From: Oopsacas minuta
Lineage: Eukaryota > Animalia > Porifera
DNA length: 64,000 nt
Assembly (NCBI GenBank): GCA_024704765.1
Contig: JAKMXF010000321.1
Span: forward strand, 930,001 to 994,000
Direction of reading: 5' to 3'
Both the position numbers and the translations under genes were made by a program. The notes beneath the pieces were generated by a model, which was not told where the DNA came from, ran no database searches, and worked only from the letters and a program-made list of their open reading frames with translations. Of this stretch, positions 1-11,956 are shown piece by piece; the stretch's first letter is position 1, and each line of letters starts with the position of its first letter.

Positions 1-3000
1 TTTATCTTCAGATTTAGTGGAAAGAATTGTATCCAGAGCACTGGTGATATCATGAGTAGCTTTTTCCATAGGAACAATACTTGATCTCTCAAAACTATCA
101 TCAAACTGGGTAGAGTTCATGGTTATAGTCAGCTGGCTGGGATTAGGCTTGACAGAGGGTGTCTGTGCATTTGTTGTTGTTGGTATTTCTTTTATAGAGA
201 ATTTAGGAAACCAACCATATTTATCGTTATAAGAACCGTACAGCCATTTGCTCTGAGTCTTCTCTTTAGTTACAGTTATGATTGCACCTTTCTCAAAGTT
301 AAGCTGCTCTGTAGTGCGTCCTTTATAGTTCACCTTAGCTTCCACCTGATAAGAATCCACTACTTGTTCATCAGGATCCTTCCCTCCAAGCGCAGATCTC
401 GGGAGATACTTCTGTGGCTGTGCGTATATATCCTCAACTGGTTTGCTATTTTGTGTTTCTACCAGCTCTTTGTTGTTATCAGAATAAGGTACTGGGATAG
501 GAGGAGCTGTACGTAAAGGGAGTTTCTGTACATAACTCTCCGGTACGATTCCACACTTCCCGTTAACCTCTGCTCCAACCCAACCATCATCTGGTCCATC
601 ATACTCTGACCTCCAGCTGAGTACATCTCCCTTCTTGAAGCTGAGCACCCCCTCCTCATTAGCCTCGAAGTCATACAGAGCAGAGAGCCTGTGGGAAGAA
701 CTAGGGGCGCTAGCAACAAGAGAGGAGTTCGGTTTAGAAGCAGGGTATTTTGTAGGTTTGGGAGGTTTAGTTATGCTCAAGTCATCAATTCCCACCTGCT
801 GATACAGAATGTTATCTTGTACAGAGGTCAAATCACTTTCACTACTAACAAACATAGAGGCAGGTCTCTGTGTAGCCTTCTCGCTTGCTAGCTGCTTAGC
901 TGATTTAGCATACTCTAATAATGTATTGCTATCTACGTAGGTATCGTATTGAGGTGTAGGATTTGTGTGGATAGGAGGAGAGGTGCTTGGGATTATTTTC
1001 TCATTTGGCGAAACAAATATGTCCTCTTTTTGAATTTGTTGTTGTTGTTTCTTGTTTCTGTGTTTTTGTCTTGGTTTTTGCTTTAGTTGTTCTAGACTCT
1101 TGTGTTGTTGATTAGGTTGTTGTGCGGAATTCATTTTCGTCGGGGTTGTATTGAAAAGGGCATTGCCAGCTGTTTCATACAAAGACTCAATTTTAACCTG
1201 AGGTTTAGCCACAGAAGGCACTTTAATAACTTTATTCTGATCAACAACTGGTTGAGTTGAGGTGAATATATTCATTAGATCTGTACTAGTATCCGTAGCA
1301 TGTTCATCAGCACTAGTGACACCTAAACTGCCGAAAGGATCGAATTTGAAACCAGACTGTGTTTGTACAGGTTTAGCTACAGGGATTTGTATTTGTTTAT
1401 TCTCTATTGACGTAATGCTCTTCTGTCTGTTAGCAAAGAATGAATTTACTTCCAACTGCTTCTTCCTGACACCAGATTCCATGCTCTGCACCTTCTTCTT
1501 AGCATCTTGAGTCTGTTTACGGACGCTAGCTAGATGAGTTTGTACTGAAGCTAAGTTGTCCTTAGCTATCTGCTCGCTAACATCTAGAGATACCTTGTGT
1601 CTACGATTATTCTCAATAGCAGTGTTAAGCTGTGTTACATTCTCACTGAGTGTATCATGATTCTTGAGAGACTCTGATTGAACATTTTCTCTGGACTTGA
1701 GATGTTTCTTAAGCAGCTCCTTACGACTGATAAGAGAAGTTAGTCTATTTGTTTGTGTCTTCAGTTGAGCTTGTAGAGATGTCTTGTCCTGTTGGCTGTT
1801 AGTTTCGGTCTCAGGACTTTGTTCCGATTGCAACTCTCTTTTAAGACTAGTCGTAAACTGCTCTTGATGCCAGAGACGAGACTCTAGGTCCACTTTACGC
1901 ATGTCTAAGTGTTCTTCTTCCGCTTGTAAGGAAGAAGCCTGACTTTTTAGAGAGTCTAACTCTTCATTCAGTCTCTTCCTTTCCTGTTCCAACTGCTCAC
2001 GTCTGATTCTTACACGCTCCCGTTCTTGATCCAACTTTATCTCCTTTATAGAGTTAGTGCGCCTTCTCTCATGCTCAGCTCTCTCTCTGTCTACTCGTAT
2101 CTTCTCCTCTGATTGCCTCTTCTGTAAAATCTCAGAAGCACGTTTGTCTTCTTGCTGGAATAGTTCACTCTTTCGTTTCTGCAGGAACTGCTGACCACGT
2201 AGGAAGTTCTCCCGCTTCATGTCCTCCAGACTGAGCTTCCTGGTCCTTCTGACGGTCTCAGATGAATCATCAGAGAACATCCCTAGTCCAAGCTCGCTCC
2301 ACTGCTTTCCGGTGTCTGTCTGTTTGTACATATCCATAGGAAACACACTAGACATAGACAGAGGCTGCTGTGGGATTGGAGCGGGTTGTAAAGATAGGTT
2401 TGATTGAGAGGGTAGGAATGTGTCAGAGGATAGGAGTAAGCCTCCCTGTGCTTGAGGAGGTGAGGGAGAGTTCTTGAATGACAGAGGTAAAGTGGATGTT
2501 TGAGAGGCAGAAGGTAAGAGGTAGTGAGGCAGCTTGTCAGGGAGTGTCAGCCCTTGTTTAATACAATCGATCAGATGCATTGTGAGTACAAACTCGAAGG
2601 AATTTAATCTCCCATCTTTATCAATATCAGATAACTCCCATATCTTTCCTAATGTTGTGTGAGAGAGAAATGATTTAGACATAGAAGCCTTGACTTGTAC
2701 TCCATTCAGGAAACCACTACGTGCTGTATCTAGAGTGTTGAACTGTTGAATGTACTTACGTCTTATGTTAGTGTCAATAGCAGGTAGATTAGAACTGTCA
2801 GGAGAACTGACACGGTTATAGGAGGGTTGAGAGGTCAGATTCAAGACAGCAAGGGGAGTAGAGGGTGTGCCTAATGGAGCGGGATAAGTAGGTGAGATAG
2901 GCCTTGAGGGGGTGATTAGAACCTCTCGTGGGATGAAGGAGGGTAGAGGATTACCTTTACGTACATTCTTCATTATAGACATTGCTAACTGAAACTGAGT

Positions 3001-3204
3001 GTAGGTAATACTCCCTTTCTTCTCTTGATCTACTAAGCTCCATATTTTCCCTAGCTGTTCGACTGATAGACCGGAAGTGAGAAAGAAGGAGTGAACTTTG
3101 TCTCCAGACAGAGGTTCAAGTGTGTTACCAACAAGCTCAATGTATTTCTGCTGGAATTGAGCTGATTCTTGTGGAGTGATGGAGAAGGCAGAGCTATTCA
3201 TCAT
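1..3204 (-). CDS. ITSN: Intersectin-like endocytic scaffold (EH-EH-coiled coil-low complexity-SH3-SH3...), 3' end outside the window
   Basis: Absent from the ORF track because it has no stop in the window. ATG at 3204 follows an in-frame TAG, and the frame is open at both ends and everywhere I checked (1068 codons). Two EH domains (LSGDKVHSFFLTSGLSVEQLGKIWSLVD; LGKIWELSDIDKDGRLNSFEFVLTMHLI), an E/R/K-rich coiled coil, a DPF motif (KFDPFG, about 1340), and two SH3 domains (ALYDFEANEEGVLSFKKGD...GWVGAEVNGKCGIVPESYV about 530-690; AKVNYKGRTTEQLNFEKGAII...WLYGSYNDKYGWFP about 200-360). Confidence 0.9.
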   Translation of the reverse strand, partial: MMNSSAFSITPQESAQFQQKYIELVGNTLEPLSGDKVHSFFLTSGLSVEQLGKIWSLVDQEKKGSITYTQFQLAMSIMKNVRKGNPLPSFIPREVLITPSRPISPTYPAPLGTPSTPLAVLNLTSQPSYNRVSSPDSSNLPAIDTNIRRKYIQQFNTLDTARSGFLNGVQVKASMSKSFLSHTTLGKIWELSDIDKDGRLNSFEFVLTMHLIDCIKQGLTLPDKLPHYLLPSASQTSTLPLSFKNSPSPPQAQGGLLLSSDTFLPSQSNLSLQPAPIPQQPLSMSSVFPMDMYKQTDTGKQWSELGLGMFSDDSSETVRRTRKLSLEDMKRENFLRGQQFLQKRKSELFQQEDKRASEILQKRQSEEKIRVDRERAEHERRRTNSIKEIKLDQERERVRIRREQLEQERKRLNEELDSLKSQASSLQAEEEHLDMRKVDLESRLWHQEQFTTSLKRELQSEQSPETETNSQQDKTSLQAQLKTQTNRLTSLISRKELLKKHLKSRENVQSESLKNHDTLSENVTQLNTAIENNRRHKVSLDVSEQIAKDNLASVQTHLASVRKQTQDAKKKVQSMESGVRKKQLEVNSFFANRQKSITSIENKQIQIPVAKPVQTQSGFKFDPFGSLGVTSADEHATDTSTDLMNIFTSTQPVVDQNKVIKVPSVAKPQVKIESLYETAGNALFNTTPTKMNSAQQPNQQHKSLEQLKQKPRQKHRNKKQQQQIQKEDIFVSPNEKIIPSTSPPIHTNPTPQYDTYVDSNTLLEYAKSAKQLASEKATQRPASMFVSSESDLTSVQDNILYQQVGIDDLSITKPPKPTKYPASKPNSSLVASAPSSSHRLSALYDFEANEEGVLSFKKGDVLSWRSEYDGPDDGWVGAEVNGKCGIVPESYVQKLPLRTAPPIPVPYSDNNKELVETQNSKPVEDIYAQPQKYLPRSALGGKDPDEQVVDSYQVEAKVNYKGRTTEQLNFEKGAIITVTKEKTQSKWLYGSYNDKYGWFPKFSIKEIPTTTNAQTPSVKPNPSQLTITMNSTQFDDSFERSSIVPMEKATHDITSALDTILSTKSEDK

Positions 3205-5219
3205 TTCAAGAGGCTAGTAATCTGAATAATCCAAAACTAATCAAGGATAATAATGACTACAGTATTCCCTGAATAAGCGTCGAGGTGTTTATTTATTTAG
3301 TGAGCTTATTATCGTTTAACTTTTTTACAATTTCTGAAAATACAAATGATCTTTGGAAACAGATTATCCAAATTTATTGCATTGCCTAACGAGGAGTCAT
3401 TTTATCAAGGAATTATTCTAGAGGGCGGTAATGAAATTGTATACGCTAGTCTTGGTCTTCGAGGCTTTTTCAAGCCCCGGCGCTTATTCAAGGAAATATG
3501 TATTTGTATACGACTTCATTACTTTACGCTGTGTCTGTGATAATATAAACATTCCAAGTTCAGGGGCATGACTTGTCAGACTTTAGACGTACGCTCGGTT
3601 ACTTTAATCATCCCTAAAATGTAGGTATTTCATTCAATCCCCATTCGGAAAGAAGTACAATCAAATAGTACATAACAGTTTATCTTTCCCTAAGGAGTAC
3701 ATCTTATCCAAATTCCACAGTAGATATTTGCAACATCGTTATAGATTCCGAGCGTAATTTTGTAATTTTTGAATAAAAAACGAGGTAAAAAGCACAACTA
3801 CTTAACAATCATCAGCTGGTGAATATCGCTGTATGAAAATTCTTATGATCAACTATAATTGACCATCTTCTCAAAATTGTGTCTCAATGGGAACTAAACA
3901 AAAGGCGCTAATAGAAGCAAAAATAAACGGTGACCCCAGAAGATTTTCGCCAAATTCATGGAAATTTTCATTTACAATGGAACCTCGTTAATACGGACAC
4001 GGCTAATGGATATTAATAACAATAGTTAGCTATAATCAGATCCTTACAATGGTTATCCAATTGGGATTACTCCAGAGAAAGCGAAGAATTTTGGACATTT
4101 GAATTCAAGATGCTCTATTACTCAGATATACATAGCTGACGAGAGAATCTGATGAATTTTGCTTAAACCTACCTGAGTTGTCTTGGGAACCGATTTCAAT
4201 TTCCATTCCCACAAGAGGTCTATGGGAATTCCCATGTTGGAGACCCATAGGTAAAAACGATTCCCATTCTCGTCTGAAAATTTATAGGAAATCCCGTGGA
4301 ATTAAATGGGGGTTGGGAATGGGGATTGAATTTCCACTCCCAGCACATGGTTAGATGGAAAATATACCAAACGATGGAGTTTGGTGAACTTAGATTAAAG
4401 TGTTAGTAGAATTGCAATACTCTTCAAATATTCTTATATTAATATTTTGTAAAACTCAGCTGGTGAATAGTGATATACGTACATGAAAATTTAATGTACG
4501 TTTCTAATTAGGAAGAAGATATGACTTACAAAAGTATACAGAATAGATTGAAAATTCTGCGCACAAGTTATGGCATCCTGATCATTTAAACCTTACAGGC
4601 CATGATTCTTCCACCCCGGACCATTTAAAGCGTTACAGCACCAAAGTCCTAACATTTGTCACTTATTTCGAAGCCGATATGGGGGTACCCCAAAAAATTC
4701 AAATTAATAATTATAATTTGGGTGGCCTTTCCAAATTGAATATACGTTGAATAACTTAAATATTTTGGGGAGTCCCTCATTCGAGAGAACAAATTGAGAT
4801 TAGTTGTTCATTAATATGAAGTAAGTTAAATACACAGGTTATGGGATGGACAAATTTGCGGTGCCTTACGAGTGTTTTACTGTACCGACTATACTACTAT
4901 ATAGCAGTGGTCCTCAATCGGTGTGCCTCAGAACGTTGTTAAGTATGCCACCAACATTACACTGATGTATAACAAAGTTGTTTAATATGATTTCATGTGC
5001 TTAGTTCTAGCCCTCTGTACTTGAAAATGCTAAAAGTCAACAAGAACTAATCCTTAAACACCAATATTTTGAGAATTATAATGAATATGATATCTGCAAG
5101 ATTTATAGTGCGTCATATCTAGTTCATTATATGTAGATTTCTTTAGGCAGAAAATATGAATAGAGAAAAAGAAATTACTATAACAACAATTATACATCAT
5201 TTCATCTATATTTCGAGTA

Positions 5220-5347
5220 CAGTCGAAAGCAGTTTACTTTATTTTCATGCTCAGATTGTAAGAATGTGATATTTCCATGCATCTTCCTTGGGGTTTTCTT
5301 ACTAAATCTTCTGCAAAGAAATAGTAAGCAAAAACCGGTTTCGGCTG
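5220..5347. mobile_element. Tc1/mariner (pogo/Tigger-like) MITE
   Basis: Termini CAGTCGAAAGCAGTTT...AAACCGGTTTCGGCTG, flanked by TA on both sides. A related left end (CAGTCGAAACCGGTTTT) occurs at about 39338. Confidence 0.6.
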
Positions 5348-6527
5348 TATGTCACTGCATTGGGGTACAGTAGGATAATGTCTATTCGGGATAGATCGCT
5401 TTTTATTGGAAACTCTGACAAAATACCTCATTGAGGCCTTTTTGTTTATACTCGGCAGAAATAATCTAATCACATTTTCGCACTATATTTCAATGAATTA
5501 ATTATACTGCGAGATACGCTACGCATCATGAAAAGAATAATTGCTTGTTTAATATACAACGAGTTTGTTATTTTACTTGCATAATACGTTCTATTAGATA
5601 TTTGTATGTTATACAGCAAATTTTACAGAATGACTTAGTGGTATCACGTTACTGTATAGGAATAGTCCTCTGATGTATTCTACAAATTATATGAATGTTA
5701 ATTCATTAATATTTCTTTCTAAAATATTTTAGTCTTGTAAGTTTCACTTTGTGATATTACGGAATAACCAGTCGGATGTATTATTATATTTATGTGAGAA
5801 TTGGCCTGAATACCAAAGTCCCACATGATTGTTGTCAGGGGTTTGGTTTCGAATGTAACAAAGTACTTCAACCAAAACAATTTGATTATAAGCTACTTTG
5901 GAACTCGTATAAGACATACTCCTTAAGGAAACAGAAATTAGTATGCAGCAGGGATGTAAACAACTAAACTGTTAACAGTCAACGGAAAAGTTGTTGCTAA
6001 ATATTATCTATCTATTATATCACCTAAATTTTTAGAGCATTTTGGCTGTAAAGTTGATACAATCCCCATTCGGATAATAGGCAGGTATTATATAAGAACG
6101 CTGCATACGCCTAAGTGATAAGATTTTCAAATGAATTTGAGCTCAGGCGTATAAAAATTTTGGCTCAAATGATTTCGACTTTATAATCTATGAGAATTAC
6201 CCTCAAGGTCTTGAGAATACTGATCTACTACAGTGGATGCCTGTCATGAGAACATAGTCGAGAATTGCATATAATGTTCTTATAACCGACATGTCGCATA
6301 CAATGGATATCGCTCATAGGAACCAGAGTTGTACGCGGGCCGAAATTTGTAACCGCGGTACGCAACTAAATAGTTCAGCCCGCTAGAAACCCGCCTAATA
6401 TTTTGACTCGCTTTGTAAACTACTTACTATAGAAATAATAAGTAAACTAAATTTCTATGAAAAGGAGAGTTATTGATGAGATGAATGGTAGGTTTATTTT
6501 GTATTGATAGAACTAATTAGATTGTAG

Positions 6528-7637
6528 ATGGCAACTTCAGGACCCAGTTCAAACATTGAATTTGAAGATTATTTTGAGATAGAGAAGCCATCTCATTATG
6601 ACATTTCATTACTATTTATCGGAGCAACTGGAGCTGGTAAAAGTACTCTTTGTAACTTTCTTGTAAAAAGCCAATTTTTTGAGGCTAAATCCAGTATGAA
6701 ATCTGTTACCAATATTACGAAAAGCTATTTCTTCGAATTTAATGGAAAGATATTTAAAGTAATTGACTGTCCAGGATTTGTAGACATAGATGAGGAAACA
6801 TCCGAAGTATTGAGTGAGATCTGTAGAGCAGGGATATTAGCTCGTGATGGATTGGATGCAATTGTGTTTGTGATAAACGGAAGTGATAGGTTTTCTGATA
6901 AGAGACACGAACAAGCAATCTACATCCTCAACACTCTTGGAGATACGTTTTGGAAGTATTCATTCATCATCTTCACTCATGAAGCTAAGATGACAGATTC
7001 TCAAAACGAATCCAGTGAGTCTTTTTTGCAATCCTACATTGACAGTCCTGGATGCTCTGATATATTCATGAAAATATTTAATCGAGTAGATAAGCGTTAT
7101 ATGAAAATAGAGTTAATGTCCCCAGAATACTCACAGAGCAATGAGTATTGGGAGAAAAAAGTAATCGAGCTAGTAGATCACATAAGTGTTATTAATTCAA
7201 TGAATAAATCAATCCGTTTTAATTGCGACTTAATGATCAAAGGCAAGGAGCTTTATGTCAATTCCTATAAACTTCTTATGAAGAAAATATCATTGTTGAA
7301 TGAAGTTGAAGTGCTCAAATATCAAATAGAAATGTGTAATCAAGGAACTCAAAAGCTAGATGAAATGCAGACTAGCTTGTCTGGTCAGGAAGGGTTTACT
7401 CAAGAAATGGTCACTTTGCAACAACAGATAAGTGAAAATGAGACCAAGCGTAAAGATACTGAAAAGAGACTGGAGAACGCCCAGCAGGAAATCAAGAATA
7501 CACAAAGTGAGGTGTCTAATAATACCAAGACTTTTATGGAGAAGAACATAAAGAAATTATTAGGTTTTGGTGGTGTAGCTACTGTAGCTACTGTTGTAAC
7601 ACTCTTTGGAATAGGTGCCCTAAAAGTTATGAAATAA
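6528..7637 (+). CDS. GIMAP: GIMAP/AIG1-family GTPase with C-terminal coiled coil and hydrophobic tail
   Basis: Intronless 369 aa ORF. G1 GATGAGKS, G2 SVT, G3 DCPG, conserved box LDAIVFVINGSDRF, IIFTH at the G4 position, then a coiled coil and the hydrophobic end LLGFGGVATVATVVTLFGIGALKVMK. Confidence 0.9.
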   Translation: MATSGPSSNIEFEDYFEIEKPSHYDISLLFIGATGAGKSTLCNFLVKSQFFEAKSSMKSVTNITKSYFFEFNGKIFKVIDCPGFVDIDEETSEVLSEICRAGILARDGLDAIVFVINGSDRFSDKRHEQAIYILNTLGDTFWKYSFIIFTHEAKMTDSQNESSESFLQSYIDSPGCSDIFMKIFNRVDKRYMKIELMSPEYSQSNEYWEKKVIELVDHISVINSMNKSIRFNCDLMIKGKELYVNSYKLLMKKISLLNEVEVLKYQIEMCNQGTQKLDEMQTSLSGQEGFTQEMVTLQQQISENETKRKDTEKRLENAQQEIKNTQSEVSNNTKTFMEKNIKKLLGFGGVATVATVVTLFGIGALKVMK

Positions 7638-7662
7638 TAATAATAATACTAATTTCATCCCA

Positions 7663-8909
7663 ATGAATCTCATTCATATATATTGTATTATATGTTCTGG
7701 TAGTGAGGTCTGTTAACAGCGTTGTGTGTATTCTGGTTAGTTTATGTCACTATTGATTTATTCTAAGGTTGAAACCGATGGAAACGAATATCTATATTCA
7801 TGAATAGCAAACTAACTAAATACTGATATTACTCAGTTTGCCCAACCGAATACCGTACTAATAATCGGTTGGTAACCGAATATTGAACTATTCGCCAAAT
7901 ATTATTCGGTTACAACCTTGGTTTATTCACAACTGTAAAATACAAAAGAGATTAGTAAATAGGATGCAAACAGATAATTCATACGATTGCATGCATCGCC
8001 TCTTCTTGAAAAATGAATCAATCTCAAGGAATGTTATTTTTCTTATTTTTCAGTTTCGAGCTGAGCTATTGCTCAACTATAAACATTTTCGGGTTTTTGA
8101 ATCTCTTTTATAATTCTGATGATATCTTGATCTCAATTGGTTCTAACTGCACATTACAAACGGGGACATTTCTAGGGAATGCATATGACACGAGATTTGG
8201 TATGATTGCTCTTAATGCTCTTTCAATTTTTAGAGAATTTTCGTTTTGCATGATGATTTGGTTTTTCGGTGCATCTCTTCTCCATTTGAGTTTTGCTGCT
8301 AGAAATCAGCTGAAAATGAGAACAGTTCTTCACTTCATCTTGTTAGGAATAGTTATCAATATAGCCTTCACAATAATTAGACTAATTCCATCTACTAGCA
8401 TATTCGGTAAAATAGCTCAAAGCTTGATGGATCAAATCAGTTTGTTTATTGTGCTCTATATCGCTAACAAGAAATTCTTTCCTGTCATGAATAGTCGTGT
8501 CATAGATGCATACCATCTCCATAATCCCAAATTACAGCATCAACAAAAATAATGGCTAAAACAATATAAAGTACTTGTTTTTGTTTTCTTATTTACTTTT
8601 GAATTATATATTCTAAACGGTTTAATCTTTTACAACTTGTTAGTTATTTTTGAATCTATCTGTGTGAATACTTGTTGGTTTCATGTGACTTATCATCTTC
8701 CTATGTTCACAATACCAGAGTCTACATTTTATACTCTTGATATAATCAGCAGTTACTTTGTAAAATTGGTACACATAGCTGACCTGATTATATATCTCAA
8801 TTTTTATCATCGTGGTGATTTTCGTAAAATTCTTAGTAAGTTAAACTACAAAACTAACAAAATCAGATGCAAGTGCGTCCATTGGCCCCTAGTTTGGATA
8901 CCTGGATAG
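7663..8909 (+). pseudogene. Orphan 7TM-family pseudogene
   Basis: Pieces can be joined across lesions: TM1-like LTALCVFWLVYVTIDLF (about 7710-7763), a MITE insertion (7764-7920), KYKR then a frameshift, NVIFLIF then a frameshift to SFELSYC (about 8050), in-frame TAA at 8550-8552, then WLKQYKVLVFVFLFTFELY...ESICVNTCWF in the same frame. Layout and Cys positions echo the intact 7TM genes at 13099 and 47632. The 5' start is uncertain. Confidence 0.7.
7764..7920. mobile_element. MITE family A (8-bp TSD, hAT-like), copy 1
   Basis: Termini (T/C)AAGGTTGAAACC...GGTTACAACCTTG; flanks ATTTATTC / GTTTATTC (7/8). Internal CCGAATA repeats. Homologous to 38883-39027. Confidence 0.75.
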
Positions 8910-9764
8910 TTTGGACCTCCAGGTTTAGAGGCTGTAACCGTATTTAGTGAAAGTAATTTCGTGTGTTACCACGTCCTCCAGCTTCAGCTTTGATTTCGTC
9001 TAGGTAAAATCGGAGCCAATATATGCGTCTATTGAAAGCTGTCTTATCAGAATCCTAAATTGATTCATGAGAATACTCTCTACAAGAGCTAATGTGCCAT
9101 TGAGAGCCATTGCATATTGACTAAAATGTCCAAGATTTTTGGAAATATAACCGTTACTTACGAGATACAACCTGTCAGACAAATTTCCAATAAATTTGTC
9201 TGATTATCTAAAAGTATGTATCCAGGACAAGAAACAGAAAAAGTAGACAACCAACTAGACAATGGACATATAGTGAAACATTTCCAAGCTTCGGCAAAAT
9301 CCTGGACTGTCCAGGACAAAACTATATTTCTGGTCACCTTCGATAACATCTATATCTTGACAAGCAACCAAAAGTAGTCCGGTCGAACCACTTTTGGCGT
9401 GTGAGAAGTCTCAATGCTACTTACGTTACTTTTACCTACTGAGTAGGAGGATATACCCCTGACTGTTTCCAATGCCAAGGGGGTGAGAAGTTTATGACAA
9501 AACTGGGGGCTCAAACCCGCTATGACCTCCTACTTTTGGCGCCTATGTCCCAGCATATCACTCATAAGTTTGATAAACGGTTGTTGCGAAAAGGCCTTAG
9601 GTTCTGCAATCAGAATACCATGAATATTAGAAACACATATATACAATTAATCTGATCAAAAGAATACTAAAGTATGAAAATATACAGATTGTTAAAAAAG
9701 GGAAATTCAAAAATAAAGACAGATACATTATATGCAGATTCAAATACATAAAAGGCGTTAGAGA

Positions 9765-10600
9765 TCAAAATAACTGAATGCATTTCTAATCGGAGTCACA
9801 CAATACTACAACTCTACCCTCATCGCCTACTGTGACTCCAGTAGGATCTTTGGAAACTTGCATCTTATGAATCAATCCGAATCCAGAGTTGAAGATAGCA
9901 ACACAATTAGAATACCAATCTGTAATTAGAATATAGCCAGATTTGTCAACGAATATTGAGAGGGGAGTAACGATTTGATTTCCTAGTCCTCGAGAAATTA
10001 TACTTTTCGCAGGTACGTGATCAGGACGATTGAAGAGATGAACACAAGGATTAGATTCATCCAGAACATAAACATATTTTCGAGAAAGTTTTATATTAAT
10101 AGGCTTATGGAGAATAAAGTTACCAAATTGACATTTGTATTTAAATTCCTTGGTGAGTACCTGAACTCGATGGTTTAAAAAACCACAAATGTAAGTCTCT
10201 TCACTAACGTCATCAAATAGTTAGACCCATGGGTTGGTTGAATTCTAATTCTCCACATCCAAATTTACCAATTAGAGAAACAAACTTGCCACTGAGCTGA
10301 TAATGTAGGATACCATAATTACTATGCGTAATAAGAATTTTGTCTTTACAAATAGCTAAGCATCTAGGGTTATTTATCATTCCTTCGCTAAGTTTCGGAA
10401 ATTTGAATACATACTTTGCGTTACTGTCAAATACTTTGATATAATGATTGTTGTGATCTGTAATATAAATATTCCCAGTTTTTCTGTCAATAGTAATACC
10501 AAAAGGAAAGTCAAGATGTTCATCACCCCATCCTCTCTTAGAAAGGCTCACTAGAGGAAGTTTCTTGCTTTTATAATCAATAGTACTATTCACCTTCTTT
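9765..10600 (-). pseudogene. NHL-repeat beta-propeller (TRIM71/TRIM2-like C-terminal module) pseudogene
   Basis: NHL repeats FPFGITIDRKTGNIYITDHNNHYIKVFD and FNQPMGLTI. A +1 frameshift (extra T at about 10215-10217), then DDVSEETYICGFLNHRVQVL...PLSIFVDKSGYILITDWYSNCVAIF...PTGVTVGDEGRVVV. Premature TAG at 9786-9788, six codons before the TGA at 9765-9767. The 5' part is unresolved. Confidence 0.8.
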
Positions 10601-11956
10601 GGTACAGATATAGATACATACTGTACTTGTTAGATTTTAATATTTATATTGTTAGGTTGCCAAAGAAGTAAACAAAATTATATAATAAATGTATTAATTG
10701 AATGATAGAATAAAATAAATATCTGTTATGAGATTCTATTCACCTCCTTTCAATGCTTTGATTACAGATGAACTGCAGCTAACTATATCTTGGTAGTTTA
10801 GGAAAAAAGCCATAATAGCAGTTTAAACAGTGATTCGTTTATGAGTCTTTTAAAATTTAATAGTGCACTTAAGTTCTGATGAACACAAGCACTCCGTGGT
10901 ACTGCCGGTACACTTATTGAGGACTACTGGTCCAATCTATTTATATAATCTAGCATTTACAGCTTCGGGATGAGGATGAATTTAGATGTATCAATATTCT
11001 GATAATTAGCACTTTCAATTAGCTATATGTTAATGCTTTATAATATTTTGATTCATTAGAAATCATTAACATTAGCAAAGATTCAAATTACTTGTAATTA
11101 ATATAAGGATATGAAGAAATCGATATCGGAAGGACGAATGGATGTACGGACGTCGCATATCGTCCATGCCATTAGGGTATCTCCCTATAGGAGCTGCACT
11201 AAAAACAGTGTTAAAATACCCGATTTCAATTATAATATAAAATCAGGAAGTTTTTATCCTTCCAAGGATCCGCGGCAGTGCGAAATCTAGCAGTCGAATG
11301 AACATGAACTTGGCATACATATACATTTTGGGTGGGAGATTTGCACCTCGGGTATAAATTTTTCTAAAGTGAATATTTCACACATTTTGGTTATTAATCA
11401 TATTTTCACACTTTTCTATGTAAATACAAAAGCAAGCTAGAGATTAGGTTACAACATGTTGTCAGGGATAATTGGGTGCGTAGAATCCGATTTCGAGAAT
11501 TTCAGAGTCTGAAAGTTACAAATTCACAGATTTATCACATAAATAATCATATTTTCACACCTTTTTGCATATTATTCAAAATCATCCTAGAGATTTCGTA
11601 TTAACTGCTAGTAAGGGGGCCATCGAGTTTGTAAATTTGAATGTTGACATTTTTGCTAATTGTAAAGAACAGAATACATAACCCTGAGCTGCACTACCAG
11701 TCTGTCGGCTGGAAATTTTTTTGTCCCATTGGTTTTTTTTCTGTCAAGTCATTATAAAAATTATTTATTCGAAATTCCCATATAAAATAATCGGATTTAT
11801 CTTTTGACTGCGAACTTTTTGTTAGCGAGTTTTTAGGTAAATCGTGTAGGGGCGTTTTCATTTAAAATTGCTTTAGAAAAACATAGCAGAGACTTCGTTT
11901 TCTGGATTTTCTATTAACCAAATACGCTATTTTACAGTAAGAATATAGATATTATT

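Noticed and set aside
459-2407. Track ORFs 459-719, 691-891, 1262-1510 and 2219-2407
   Set aside because: Alternative-frame or antisense shadows of the intersectin-like CDS.
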